From an uncultured cyanobacterium (GTDB lineage: Bacteria > Cyanobacteriota > Cyanobacteriia > Cyanobacteriales > Nostocaceae), in contig OY970166.1 of the NCBI GenBank assembly GCA_963706595.1, positions 3,040,001 through 3,104,000 of the forward strand: a DNA stretch of 64,000 nt, written 5' to 3'. Numbering within the stretch: position 1 is the first letter of the stretch; each line of letters begins with the position of its first letter. Below are positions 22,565 to 33,592 of the stretch, one piece after another. The translations under genes were made by a program, and so were the position numbers. The notes below the pieces were generated by a model. That model was not told where the DNA came from. It saw nothing but the letters and a program-made list of their open reading frames with translations, and did no database searches.

Positions 22565-22626
22565 AATGCGGATAAATTGCTAAAATCAGCTAGCCTAATC
22601 TCAATTACACAGATGGGGGGCAGCCT

Positions 22627-23775
22627 GTGAACCTTGGTCAATGGATCGGCTTAATCGCTATAGTTCTGTCTTTATATATTTTATGGCAAATTCGACAGGT
22701 ATTGTTGCTAATATTTGCCGCAGTTGTGTTAGCTGCTACTTTAAATCGGCTAGCGAAACGTATTCAAAGCTTAGGCTTGAAACGTGGGTTATCTGTTGTC
22801 CTCTCAGTGCTGATTTTCTTCGCAGGTGTAGCAGGTTTTTTCTGGCTAATTGTGCCGCCTTTTGCACAGCAGTTTCAAGAACTAACTTATCGGGTTCCGC
22901 AAGGATTTGCTCGCTTTAATAGTTGGGTACAACAACTAGAAACTCTCATTCCTGAGCAATTAGTTCCTTACATCCCTAATCTCAATAACCTGATTGCACA
23001 GGCGCAACCTTTTCTTAATCAAATATTAGGTAACTCTTTCGCTTTTGTTTCTAGCTCTTTAGAAGTGATACTCAAGATTTTATTAGTCTTAGTATTAACA
23101 GGAATGTTTTTAGCCGAGCCTCTAGCCTATCGCCGATTATTTATTCGCCTGTTTCCCTCATTTTATCGGACAAGAATCAATGGCATTTTAGATCAATGCG
23201 AACTTTCATTGAAGGGATGGATCGCAGGTGCTTTCATTGCTATGAGTGCAGTGGGCATATCAACTGTAATTGGCTTATCATTTTTGGGTGTGAAAGCAGC
23301 CCTAGCTTTAGGAGTTTTAGCAGGATTCCTCAACGTAATTCCTAATTTAGGTCCTACATTAAGTTTAGTACCAGCAATGGCGATCGCTTTATTGGATACT
23401 CCCTGGAAACCTCTGCTAGTATTGCTGCTTTATCTTGTCATTCAACAGATTGATGCCAACTTAGTGACTCCCACTGTGATGGCACATCGAGTTTCGCTGC
23501 TACCGGCTGTCACCTTAATTGCCCAACTATTTTTCGTGACTTTCTTTGGCTTTTTAGGATTATTTTTAGCCCTACCCTTAACTGTCGTTGCTAAAATTTG
23601 GCTGCAAGAAGTATTGATTAAAGATGTACTAGATGAATGGGGTCATAGTCACCGCAAAGAAACTGAATTAGTCATAATTTCTCCATCTTCCCTGTCAGAT
23701 ATTGATTGGAACACAGAAACTCCCAACGGTGAACAAGACAATAAAATTGATGATGTTTTGCCACAACAAGAGTAA
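22627..23775 (+). CDS. AI-2E (UPF0118) family transporter
   Basis: Multi-TM; LAGFLNVIPNLGP, IQQIDANLVTP, GFLGLFLALP. Confidence 0.9.
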   Translation: MNLGQWIGLIAIVLSLYILWQIRQVLLLIFAAVVLAATLNRLAKRIQSLGLKRGLSVVLSVLIFFAGVAGFFWLIVPPFAQQFQELTYRVPQGFARFNSWVQQLETLIPEQLVPYIPNLNNLIAQAQPFLNQILGNSFAFVSSSLEVILKILLVLVLTGMFLAEPLAYRRLFIRLFPSFYRTRINGILDQCELSLKGWIAGAFIAMSAVGISTVIGLSFLGVKAALALGVLAGFLNVIPNLGPTLSLVPAMAIALLDTPWKPLLVLLLYLVIQQIDANLVTPTVMAHRVSLLPAVTLIAQLFFVTFFGFLGLFLALPLTVVAKIWLQEVLIKDVLDEWGHSHRKETELVIISPSSLSDIDWNTETPNGEQDNKIDDVLPQQE

Positions 23776-23907
23776 TTACTTATTTATATCTTTTGTTGTA
23801 GCATCATTCTAGTCTACGTAAGTTGGGTTTCACCTCGTTCTACCCAACCTCAGATTTTCTGAAATCTAAAATAGTGAATTAGTCAAAAATTAGACTGGGA
23901 TATTATT

Positions 23908-24156
<249 letters not shown>

Positions 24157-24167
24157 AATTCAGATTC

Positions 24168-25553
24168 CTAAGTCAAATGGCTAAAGATAATTTTGTGTAA
24201 TTCCAAACGTGTAAAAGGTTTTGTCAAATACCCAGATGCTCCCACTAATCTTGCTTTTACCTTATCAACCACTCCCTTATAGCCTGTGACAAAAATCACT
24301 GGAGTATTTTTAAACATCGAATTATTTCGGATAATTCGGCACAATTCATAACCGTCAATTCCGGCCATATTCAGGTCAAGTAAAATCAAGTCTGGCTTGT
24401 GTCGAATAATCGACATTACAGCTTTTAGCGGGTCATTAATGGCAACGACAACAAAAGTTTCACTTTCTAAAAAACGGCTAATTTCTCGAAGAATTGTCGG
24501 ACTATCATCTACAGAAATAATTTTATAGGGTTTTAGAGTAGTAATGGTAGCAGTCGTTACTCTTTCAGAACTCAGATTTATGTTATTTGATATTGTTGAT
24601 TCCTGAATATTTTGTTTGACAACAGCAGAAATATCCTGAAATTGCTCAACAGGAATGTCTGCGTAAGATGAAATTGTATTGTTACTCGACTCCACTGGTA
24701 TGTCTACTACATTTGCTGTAAAGAATTTTGTTGTATAACTAGAAGATAATGAAAACTTTTTCACATTTGTGGGTAATTGATCAAAAGGTGGATCTGGTTC
24801 ATGTAATATAACTCCGCCTTTGATAATGTAAGGGTATATTGTTTTAGCTAGTTCAATTTCATCTTGATTAATCATCACAGCTAAATGACGAAGACTGAAA
24901 CCCTTCATCCAGTTAATTAATTTTGGCTGGAGAGATGGAAAAGCTTGACTGGGGATGACACTCCTCATCAACAGATATGGTCGCTGATAAGGTGAAGAAA
25001 TATGAGGTGCTAAAGACAGCCAATTATGTAATTGGATTTGGCAGCTTTCTATAAGTTTTTCTATATCCAATCTACATATCTCTGATACTATTAGCTGGGA
25101 ATCGCTTAAGGCAAAGTCGCCAGTGTTGATTAACAAAAATGATTCAACAACTTCTTTGACTAATTCTGAAATCAGCACAGTCGCTTGTTGAGTATTCAAA
25201 TATCCTTCATTAATCAGCCAATGAATAGCTTGATAATCAGCAGGTTCCATATTGGTATCACTATGATCTTTCCTGAACTGATGATGTAAGCCAGGGTCAA
25301 AAATTAAGCGTAACTGGACACGAATTTCACTAGTAAGCTGCGGAATGTCATAGCTAAGGCGACGCAGATGGCGTTCTAATCGATCAAAAGGCTCTACTGA
25401 ATGGGTAGCGTAGGTTATTGTTCCATGCTTGATGTAAATTGACCAAGTAACTGAGTTGCTAAAAGCTTGTAAACAAGTAGTGTCAGAACAACTAGATAAT
25501 TGCCTTAACAAACTTTGGGGAGGTAGTGTTGTGAAAGTGCCAAAAATATTCAT
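24168..25553 (-). CDS. PatA-family response regulator (PATAN + receiver)
   Basis: N-terminal PATAN-like region; C-terminal VDDSP..LILLDLNM..YLTKPF receiver. Confidence 0.88.
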   Translation of the reverse strand: MNIFGTFTTLPPQSLLRQLSSCSDTTCLQAFSNSVTWSIYIKHGTITYATHSVEPFDRLERHLRRLSYDIPQLTSEIRVQLRLIFDPGLHHQFRKDHSDTNMEPADYQAIHWLINEGYLNTQQATVLISELVKEVVESFLLINTGDFALSDSQLIVSEICRLDIEKLIESCQIQLHNWLSLAPHISSPYQRPYLLMRSVIPSQAFPSLQPKLINWMKGFSLRHLAVMINQDEIELAKTIYPYIIKGGVILHEPDPPFDQLPTNVKKFSLSSSYTTKFFTANVVDIPVESSNNTISSYADIPVEQFQDISAVVKQNIQESTISNNINLSSERVTTATITTLKPYKIISVDDSPTILREISRFLESETFVVVAINDPLKAVMSIIRHKPDLILLDLNMAGIDGYELCRIIRNNSMFKNTPVIFVTGYKGVVDKVKARLVGASGYLTKPFTRLELHKIIFSHLT

Positions 25554-26407
25554 ATTCTGGAATATTTGTTCGATATATTATACAGAATATACTAACTCAC
25601 ATCTTGCACCTAGCCCTGGCAATGAGAAATTGCGACTATACAAACTAAGTCCACCTGCGCGGATTAACAGAAAATCAAGGTTTTCAACCCGCGTAGGCGG
25701 CCTTCCCGACCGGATGACGCTTTGCGTCACGCCTGTGTAGCAGTGAATTGCAGTCGCCTGATGCAAGATATGAGCGCCCCAGGGGGGAAGTCAAAAATCA
25801 AAAGTATTAAATCCCCTCGCAACGAATGAAACAAATACATTTCTCTTGTTTGGCTAAAAGCCTTGCTATATAAGGGTTATAAAGTGTGTTAGTTAGGAGC
25901 TAGCATCACACAATCGCTATGTATAATTTTGTCGTACTTCATATTTGGCTAAAAAATATAAATTTTTAACTAAAATAACGCATAAAATTTCGTTGCAGCT
26001 ACTATTAAATAATCCGGCTCAGGCAACTTTGATTTCAAATACTTATGCTTAAAGCCGTGAAATATTCAGCCAATAGTTGGGATTTTGCAGATTAAAAAAA
26101 CCTGTTTTTTTATAAACATTTTATGAAGTAAGTATGTATACCAATTTTATAGAAGCTTGTGCTTTATTCAACCACAAAAAGTAATACCACAGGCTCACAA
26201 ACAAAGCCGTATTTAGCTGGATGATTAGGAACATTTTTCTCAAAAAATTTATCTATGGGAATAATTTTGTTAAAACTATCTGTTTCATAAAGATTGCACT
26301 AATTAGTGTTAAACATCTATGTTTACTCTTGTAGACTCCGGAAACTCAACTATATACTTTGAAAAAAGGAAAATAAAGCCTTGGACAATAACATAACAAA
26401 AAAAGTT

Positions 26408-27082
26408 ATGCACGATACCTTTAAACTCGATGAAATAGTAGAATTTGCTGAAAATCCTGAACCACGTTGTCCTTGTGTGCTATTGCTAGACACATCTGGC
26501 TCAATGCAAGGAGATCCCATAGAGGCGTTAAATCAGGGCTTGTTGAGTTTGAAGGATGAATTAGTCAAAAATTCCTTGGCAGCCAGAAGAGTTGAAGTGG
26601 CGATCATTACTTTTGATAGTAATGTGAATATAGTCCAAGATTTTGTGACAGCCGATCAATTTAACCCACCAATCTTGACAGCACAGGGACTAACCACGAT
26701 GGGGGCGGGAATTCATAAAGCATTAGACATGGTGCAAGAGCGTAAATCCCTATATCGTGCCAATGGTATTGCTTACTATCGTCCTTGGGTATTCATGATT
26801 ACAGATGGAGAACCACAAGGTGAATTAGACCAACTCATAGAACAAGCAGCCCAACGCCTGCAAGGAGATGAAGCCAATAAACGAGTCGCATTCTTCACAG
26901 TCGGTGTAGAAAACGCTAACATGATGCGCTTAAATCAATTAGCGGTGCGGACTCCGCTCAAACTGAAAGGACTTAACTTCATAGAGATGTTTGTGTGGTT
27001 GTCAGCTAGTATGTCAGCAGTTTCCCATTCCCAAGTAGATGAACAGGTTGCACTACCTCCCATTGGCTGGGGGACACTTTAA
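26408..27082 (+). CDS. vWA-domain protein, TerY/YegL-like
   Basis: MIDAS LLLDTSGSM, YYRPWVFMITDG, WLSASM. Confidence 0.92.
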   Translation: MHDTFKLDEIVEFAENPEPRCPCVLLLDTSGSMQGDPIEALNQGLLSLKDELVKNSLAARRVEVAIITFDSNVNIVQDFVTADQFNPPILTAQGLTTMGAGIHKALDMVQERKSLYRANGIAYYRPWVFMITDGEPQGELDQLIEQAAQRLQGDEANKRVAFFTVGVENANMMRLNQLAVRTPLKLKGLNFIEMFVWLSASMSAVSHSQVDEQVALPPIGWGTL

Positions 27083-27116
27083 TGGCGAAGCGAAGCTAGC
27101 TGCTTTGAAAAAATCT

Positions 27117-27893
27117 ATGAACACAACATCAAAACTATCTCATTGGCGAGTAGTCGCCGCATCTGTATGTGGTACAAGCCACGTCAGAAACAAACAGCTG
27201 TGTCAAGATGCTCACCATTGGCGGCTATTACCAGGTAATGTGTTGGTGACTGCGGCTGCTGATGGTGCAGGTTCTGCCAGCCAGGGAAAAGTGGGAGCAA
27301 TGGTGGCTGTAGAAACAGCAATAGAAACCCTTGCGATCAAAGAAATTACTCGAGACTCCCTTGCAGATGACGCAATTGTGCAATCACTCTTAAATGAGGC
27401 CTTGGTAGCTGCTAAAAAAGCGGTAGAAGAGGAAGCAGTAGCTTGTAGCAAACAGCCTCAAGATTTAGCCACCACCTTAATTATTATGGTTGCTACACCA
27501 GATATGGTGGCAGTTGTACAAATTGGCGATGGTTTAGCAGTAGCTAAGGATCATAAGGGTAACTTACTGGCACTGACAACACCCGACAATGGCGAATACA
27601 TCAACCAGACAACTTTTTTAACTTCGCCTGATGCCTTAGATACAGCCCAAATGAGATTATGGCGTGAAACCATAGTTAATGTTGGTGTCCTCACCGATGG
27701 ACTACAAATGCTGGCTTTAAACATGGTTGTGGGTGAGCCTCACAAGCCATTCTTTTTTCCCTTATTCGACTTTGTAGAGAATGCCGAAGATAAAACAGTC
27801 GCAAAAGAACAGTTAGTGCGGTTTTTAGGTTCTGAGCGGATTACGCAACGTACTGATGATGATCTGACGCTGATTTTAGCTGGCTTCATTTAG
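27117..27893 (+). CDS. PP2C-like Ser/Thr phosphatase, YegK-like
   Basis: GTSH..CQDA, ADGAGSA, IGDG, TDGLQ, TDDDLT. Confidence 0.92.
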   Translation: MNTTSKLSHWRVVAASVCGTSHVRNKQLCQDAHHWRLLPGNVLVTAAADGAGSASQGKVGAMVAVETAIETLAIKEITRDSLADDAIVQSLLNEALVAAKKAVEEEAVACSKQPQDLATTLIIMVATPDMVAVVQIGDGLAVAKDHKGNLLALTTPDNGEYINQTTFLTSPDALDTAQMRLWRETIVNVGVLTDGLQMLALNMVVGEPHKPFFFPLFDFVENAEDKTVAKEQLVRFLGSERITQRTDDDLTLILAGFI

Positions 27894-27995
27894 CGATTGA
27901 TCGCGTCTAATTGCTCATTATCTTTTTTCTGTGCAGTGTTGTGGTGATTTTGCGATATCGGTCTTTTACATAACCCCATTCACAGTAATTTTATC

Positions 27996-30176
27996 ATGCA
28001 GGTCTTACGTTGTCTTCCCAAACCAGAAATTATCAACCTCAGCGTTAGTTTGGGGCGTGGCGGTGAAGCTTGCATCTATGCAGTGCCGGACTGTGGCGAT
28101 TTAGTAGCCAAGGTTTATCACAAGCCCACAGTTGCTCACGCCCACAAACTCCAGGCGATGCTTGCCAACCCTCCAGAAAACCCTACCGCTAGCTTGGGGC
28201 ATATTTCCATTGCTTGGCCAGAGGATTTATTATGGGCGACAGATCGCCGCAAGGGCATCATCGGCTTTTTGATGCCGCGAATTCGCGGGATGCGCCCCAT
28301 CATCGACTTTTATAATCCCAGAACTCGTCGCGAACACTGTCCCTTATTCAATTATCAGTATCTGCTTCGCACGGCGCGTAATTTAGCAGCAGCTTTTGCG
28401 GCTTTGCATCACAGTGGATATTGTGTTGGTGACGTGAATGAGTCAAATATTTTGGTCAGCGATAGCGCATTGGTGACTTTGGTAGATACTGACTCTTTCC
28501 AAGTGTCTGATCCTGATCAAAAGATTGTTTATCGTTGTTCAGTTGGTAAACCAGAGTTTACTCCACCAGAACTACAGAATAAAATTTTTGCTCAACACGA
28601 CCGGAAAATTTCCCATGACTTGTTCGGCTTGGCGGTGTTGATTTTTCAACTCCTCATGGAAGGTACTCACCCATTTTCGGGAATCTTTCAAGGTATTCCT
28701 GAGCCACCAACTTACGAAGCCCGGATTGCGGCGGGACATTTTACTTACAGTCAAAAGCACCAAGTCCCTTATCGTCCTACCCCCATCGCACCGGCTTGGG
28801 AAGTGCTTCATCCTCAGTTGCAAGAATTATTTTTACGTTGTTTTGAGGATGGTCACAATGACCCAAATCTGCGTCCCAGCGCCCAAACTTGGCTATCAGC
28901 TTTAGCTGAAGCCGAAGATAGTCTGATTACTTGTACTGCGAATCCCCAACATCGCTACAACAACCATTTAGATAGTTGTCCTTGGTGTGAACGTGCTTTA
29001 CGCTTAGGTGGACGTGATCCATTTCCATCACCTAGAGCAGTTGAAAATCGCGAACATCTGCGTCCGCGAGTTGTACCAAAAAGGCGTTACGCCCAGCGTC
29101 CCCGTTCTCCACAACCAGTTAGAAACCAGTCCCCAGTTAATTATTGGCAACCTGTAGCTACTTCTAGCTATTCGCCTTATCAACCTCAAAAGAAAACTAA
29201 GTTTTATCCGGCTGTGTTGGGTTTAATAGGTCTTGGTGTGTTGGGGTATTTGGACGTAGCAATTAAATTTACTCGTCCTTATGTTTCTCAAAATGCCTAC
29301 ACTCAACAAACGTTGATGGCTCGTCCTCAACCCCAGGAAGATACTTTAACTTTCGCCGATTACTATAGCGCTGGTCATGCTGCTTACCAAATCCAAGATT
29401 ATGAGCAAGCAGTAGAAAAGTTTAGTCAAGCCATAGAACAGGAACCGACAAATGCTAGAGCTTTTGTTAACCGAGGTAATTCCCGCTACAATTTGAAAGA
29501 TTATGAAGGGGCTTTGGAAGATTATAACCAAGCTTTGCAGATTAACCCCAAAGAAGTGAAGGCTTTTGTCCACCGAGGCAATGCCCGTTATATGCTAGCT
29601 GAATTTAGCCATGATCCTGATCGAGAATATAATCTCGCGATCGCAGATTTTGATCAAGCACTGGGAATCAATAATCAGGAAACTGAAGCCTATATTAGAC
29701 GAGGTGTTGTCCGCTCTCAAATGGCTAGATATAGTAGCGAATCTGTGCAGGACTATCAACAGGCGATCGTTGATTTTACCCACGCTATTCGACTCAATGC
29801 CTCCAGAGCCGAAGCTTATTTTCAGCGCGGTGAAGTTCGCTATAAATTGGCACAATTTAGCAGTAACTTTATTCCAGAATATCACCAAGTCATCGCTGAC
29901 TTTAACCAAGCGCTACAAATTAATGGCAACTTGGCAAAAGTCTATCTCAAACGAGGGATGATTCGCTATGAACTTACACAATATACTGGCAAAGAATCTG
30001 ATCCCAATAATCTGAAGGCTATTGAAGATTTACGAACAGCAGCCAAACTTTCCTTAGAACAAGAGGATACAGAAAGCTACCAGCAAGCACTAAGCAGTAT
30101 CTGTGTAATTATAGAAAGCCAATGTACTGCTTTATTACAAAGCTCTGCCATGTGGAAATATACAGGAACAAATTAA
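27996..30176 (+). CDS. YegI-like Ser/Thr kinase with TM helix and C-terminal TPRs
   Basis: LGRGGEA, AKVY, GDVNESN, VDTDSFQ, CPWC, TM segment, TPR units (AFVNRGNSRYNLKDYEGALEDYNQAL). Confidence 0.92.
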   Translation: MQVLRCLPKPEIINLSVSLGRGGEACIYAVPDCGDLVAKVYHKPTVAHAHKLQAMLANPPENPTASLGHISIAWPEDLLWATDRRKGIIGFLMPRIRGMRPIIDFYNPRTRREHCPLFNYQYLLRTARNLAAAFAALHHSGYCVGDVNESNILVSDSALVTLVDTDSFQVSDPDQKIVYRCSVGKPEFTPPELQNKIFAQHDRKISHDLFGLAVLIFQLLMEGTHPFSGIFQGIPEPPTYEARIAAGHFTYSQKHQVPYRPTPIAPAWEVLHPQLQELFLRCFEDGHNDPNLRPSAQTWLSALAEAEDSLITCTANPQHRYNNHLDSCPWCERALRLGGRDPFPSPRAVENREHLRPRVVPKRRYAQRPRSPQPVRNQSPVNYWQPVATSSYSPYQPQKKTKFYPAVLGLIGLGVLGYLDVAIKFTRPYVSQNAYTQQTLMARPQPQEDTLTFADYYSAGHAAYQIQDYEQAVEKFSQAIEQEPTNARAFVNRGNSRYNLKDYEGALEDYNQALQINPKEVKAFVHRGNARYMLAEFSHDPDREYNLAIADFDQALGINNQETEAYIRRGVVRSQMARYSSESVQDYQQAIVDFTHAIRLNASRAEAYFQRGEVRYKLAQFSSNFIPEYHQVIADFNQALQINGNLAKVYLKRGMIRYELTQYTGKESDPNNLKAIEDLRTAAKLSLEQEDTESYQQALSSICVIIESQCTALLQSSAMWKYTGTN

Positions 30177-30513
30177 TTAAAAAACTAGTTAAATTACAGC
30201 TAGTTTTTCCCTAAACAATTTGTGTTGAAGGAAACATAAACATGATAAGTATTAGCATGATACTAATCTTATCATGTTTAGCTATTTTTAATATAGTTAA
30301 CTAATTCAATTACCATCATATAAGTATTCATATATATTTTATATATAAAAGAAAATCATTTACACCCTCTTCATCAATTTCCTCCAAATAATAGTTATAT
30401 TATGTACGGAAAGAAAGACATTATCCCAGCATTTTTTTCGCTGACACGTGCATCCTCTTTATCTGAAAAAATTTAAATAATAATCTACCTGCAAATCTTC
30501 AAAAGGTAATTGT

Positions 30514-31287
30514 ATGAAAGCGGTAATTCTGGCTGGAGGACTTGGTACACGACTCAGTGAAGAAACTAGTATCAGACCAAAGCCCATGGTTGAAGTTGGT
30601 GGTAAACCAATTCTTTGGCACATCATGAAGACTTACTCTGCTCACGGTATTAATGACTTCATTATTTGTTGTGGATATAAAGGTTACATCATTAAAGAGT
30701 ATTTTGCTAATTACTTTTTACACATGTCAGATGTTACCTTTGATATGCGATTTAACCAAATGAACGTGCATTCTGGTTATGCTGAACCCTGGCGCGTCAC
30801 CTTAGTTAATACGGGGGATGACACAATGACAGGTGGACGCTTAAAGCGCATCAGCGAGCATCTTGGTAATAGCACATTTTGCTTCACTTATGGTGATGGT
30901 GTCAGTAACATCAATATCACAGAATTAATTAAATTCCATCAAGAACAAAAAACTTTAGCGACACTCAGCGCCGTCCAACCCGCAGGACGGTTCGGTGCTA
31001 TTTCTTTAGGACAAGAGCAAACTAAAATTAGCAGCTTTCACGAAAAGCCTGAAGGCGATGGTGCATGGATTAATGGCGGTTACTTTGTTTTAGAACCGGA
31101 AGTAATTAACTTAATTGCTGATGACTCTACAGTTTGGGAGAAAGAACCATTAGAAAAACTGGCACAGATGGATCAGCTATCGGCTTTTAAACATAATGAT
31201 TTTTGGCAGCCAATGGATACTTTACGCGATAAAAATTACCTGGAAGAGCTATGGAAAAGTGGCCATGCTCCTTGGAAGGTGTGGTGA
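30514..31287 (+). CDS. rfbF: Glucose-1-phosphate cytidylyltransferase
   Basis: LAGGLGTRLSEET, MTGGRLKR, WQPMDTLRD. Confidence 0.95.
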   Translation: MKAVILAGGLGTRLSEETSIRPKPMVEVGGKPILWHIMKTYSAHGINDFIICCGYKGYIIKEYFANYFLHMSDVTFDMRFNQMNVHSGYAEPWRVTLVNTGDDTMTGGRLKRISEHLGNSTFCFTYGDGVSNINITELIKFHQEQKTLATLSAVQPAGRFGAISLGQEQTKISSFHEKPEGDGAWINGGYFVLEPEVINLIADDSTVWEKEPLEKLAQMDQLSAFKHNDFWQPMDTLRDKNYLEELWKSGHAPWKVW

Positions 31288-31377
31288 TTCGTAATAGGGT
31301 TTACCGCAGGCTACGCCAAGGTAAATACCATATCTAAAGCTTTATTTACACCGTGCTGCAATAGGAGAAATTATCTA

Positions 31378-32526
31378 ATGGAATCAAAATTTTGGGCGGG
31401 AAAAAAAGTTTTTGTCACGGGACATACAGGCTTTAAAGGTAGTTGGTTATCTCTGTGGTTACAAATGTTAGGGGCTGAGGTGTGTGGTTACGCTTTAACT
31501 CCTCCCACAACTTTGAATTTGTTTGAATTAGCTCATGTTGCTGATGGGATGACATCGGTAGTAGGAGACATCAAAGATTTAGATTTTCTCAAAGAAGTGA
31601 TGCAAAGCTACCAACCAGATATTGTCATCCATCTGGCAGCGCAGGCGTTGGTACGGGAATCTTACTACAACCCAGTAGATACCTATGCCGTGAATATCAT
31701 GGGAACAGTCAACTTATTGGAAGCAGTCCGAAATGTACCCAGCGTCAGAGCTGTAGTTTCGGTTACTTCTGATAAGTGTTATGAAAATCGGGAATGGGTT
31801 TGGGGCTACCGGGAAACTGATGCTATGGGGGGATATGACCCTTATAGCAGTAGTAAAGGATGTGCTGAATTAGTTACTACAGCTTATCGTCAATCATTTT
31901 TCAATCCTGCTGATTACGCACAACATGGGGTAGCTATAGCCAGTGTTCGAGCCGGAAATGTGATTGGCGGCGGAGATTGGGCTAAAGACCGACTGGTTCC
32001 TGATATTCTTAATGCTTGGCTTGCAGGCAAAGAAGTTGTGATTAGAAATCCTCAAGCAGTGCGCCCTTGGCAACACGTTTTGGAACCTCTGAATGGTTAC
32101 TTAATGTTGGCTGAAAAGCTATTTACTCAGGGTTCAATTTATTGTGGAGGCTGGAATTTTGGTCCGAATGAATCAGGAGTAAAAACTGTAGCTTGGGTAG
32201 TTGACCAGCTTCAGCAGTTTTGGGGAGAAGATGCCTATTGGATTCAGGATGATGGAGTTCAACCTCATGAGGCTAATCTTTTAACCTTGGATTGTTCTAA
32301 AGCCCGGACTCAAATTAACTGGGAACCAAAATTAGATTTACCAACAGCTTTAGCTTGGATTGTGGATTGGACTAAAGCCTGGCAACAAGACCATGATATG
32401 CGGCAAAAAAGCCAATCTCAAATTCAGCAGTTTATGCAACATACAGATTTTCAGCACCGCAAAATTTCTCTGTTAGAAGTTGAAGCCGGGGAAAATATGG
32501 CTCAAGTAGCTCAATTGAGACATTAA
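31378..32526 (+). CDS. rfbG: CDP-glucose 4,6-dehydratase
   Basis: TGHTGFKGSWL, TSDKCY, YSSSK, RPWQHVLEPL. Confidence 0.95.
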   Translation: MESKFWAGKKVFVTGHTGFKGSWLSLWLQMLGAEVCGYALTPPTTLNLFELAHVADGMTSVVGDIKDLDFLKEVMQSYQPDIVIHLAAQALVRESYYNPVDTYAVNIMGTVNLLEAVRNVPSVRAVVSVTSDKCYENREWVWGYRETDAMGGYDPYSSSKGCAELVTTAYRQSFFNPADYAQHGVAIASVRAGNVIGGGDWAKDRLVPDILNAWLAGKEVVIRNPQAVRPWQHVLEPLNGYLMLAEKLFTQGSIYCGGWNFGPNESGVKTVAWVVDQLQQFWGEDAYWIQDDGVQPHEANLLTLDCSKARTQINWEPKLDLPTALAWIVDWTKAWQQDHDMRQKSQSQIQQFMQHTDFQHRKISLLEVEAGENMAQVAQLRH

Positions 32527-32563
32527 ACAAATCGTTTTATTAAATTCAAAAGTCCAAAATACC

Positions 32564-33430
32564 ATGTTTACCACTGTTGCACAAAAAATTGTATCCCTGA
32601 AATCGGAGTTAACTTATAGGTCATCACGTTGGCAATATCTAAACAAGTTACCTATACTAACAAACAAAGAACGCATAATTGTTGACTCCATTAAACGTGA
32701 TGGGATTTATATGACAAATCTCACAGAATTAGGATTAACATCTACCTCATTACTACTGAATTCTGCTTATAGTCTATTACCAAGTATGGAAAGAAAGAAC
32801 TACAGTAGTTCTAACAAAAATCCCCCAGAAATTTACATAGTTACGGATTTACCCTCATTTTATGACTGGGGAAAAGAAGAAAAGATTCTGAATGTTATCG
32901 AGAATTACATAGGTCTGCCCGTTGCCTATCATGGTGTACATTTACGCAAAGATTTTCCTAATAAAGATCAATTTGAGACATTACTGTGGCATAGAGATAT
33001 AGAAGACCGCCGAGTTCTCAAAGTTATCATCTACTTAAATGATGTAGAAGAAAAACATGGGCCTTTTGAATATGTGCCAATATCTTTTACTTCCAAATCA
33101 CACCCTAATTATTATCGAATTCAAAACAAAATTAAAACATTAGGCGGAATCGATGATCAAACGTTAAATAAAATTGTCCCTAAAGCGGCTTGGAAATCTT
33201 GCCCAGGTCCAGCAGGCACAGTTATTTTTGCTGATACAAGACGAATTTTACATCATGGCACTCTCCGGACTGAAGAACGGTCAACACTATTTTTTGTCTA
33301 TACTGCCAATCCCCCTAAGCGTCCAGAACTTTGCGCTCATTACTGGAATAATCATTATCCTAGACCAAATTTAGAGCAAGAAGTTGATGAAGTGAAGGAT
33401 GAAGCAAAAGTGGAACAATTAACTGTATAA
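32564..33430 (+). CDS. PhyH-like 2OG-Fe(II) oxygenase
   Basis: WHRD, IIYLNDV...GPFEY, DT..LHHG. Confidence 0.75.
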   Translation: MFTTVAQKIVSLKSELTYRSSRWQYLNKLPILTNKERIIVDSIKRDGIYMTNLTELGLTSTSLLLNSAYSLLPSMERKNYSSSNKNPPEIYIVTDLPSFYDWGKEEKILNVIENYIGLPVAYHGVHLRKDFPNKDQFETLLWHRDIEDRRVLKVIIYLNDVEEKHGPFEYVPISFTSKSHPNYYRIQNKIKTLGGIDDQTLNKIVPKAAWKSCPGPAGTVIFADTRRILHHGTLRTEERSTLFFVYTANPPKRPELCAHYWNNHYPRPNLEQEVDEVKDEAKVEQLTV

Positions 33431-33592
33431 ATACTATTAATGTGGTAGAAGGACAACACCATGTTATATAGTTATTCCCTCATAAAGGCTAAAAAATTTA
33501 CACTCAATACCCGAATAGTATTGTCGCCATATCAGTGTGAATTTAATCAAAAAATCTGGCTCTTTCCCTAAAAAATTATCTTGACACACTCT

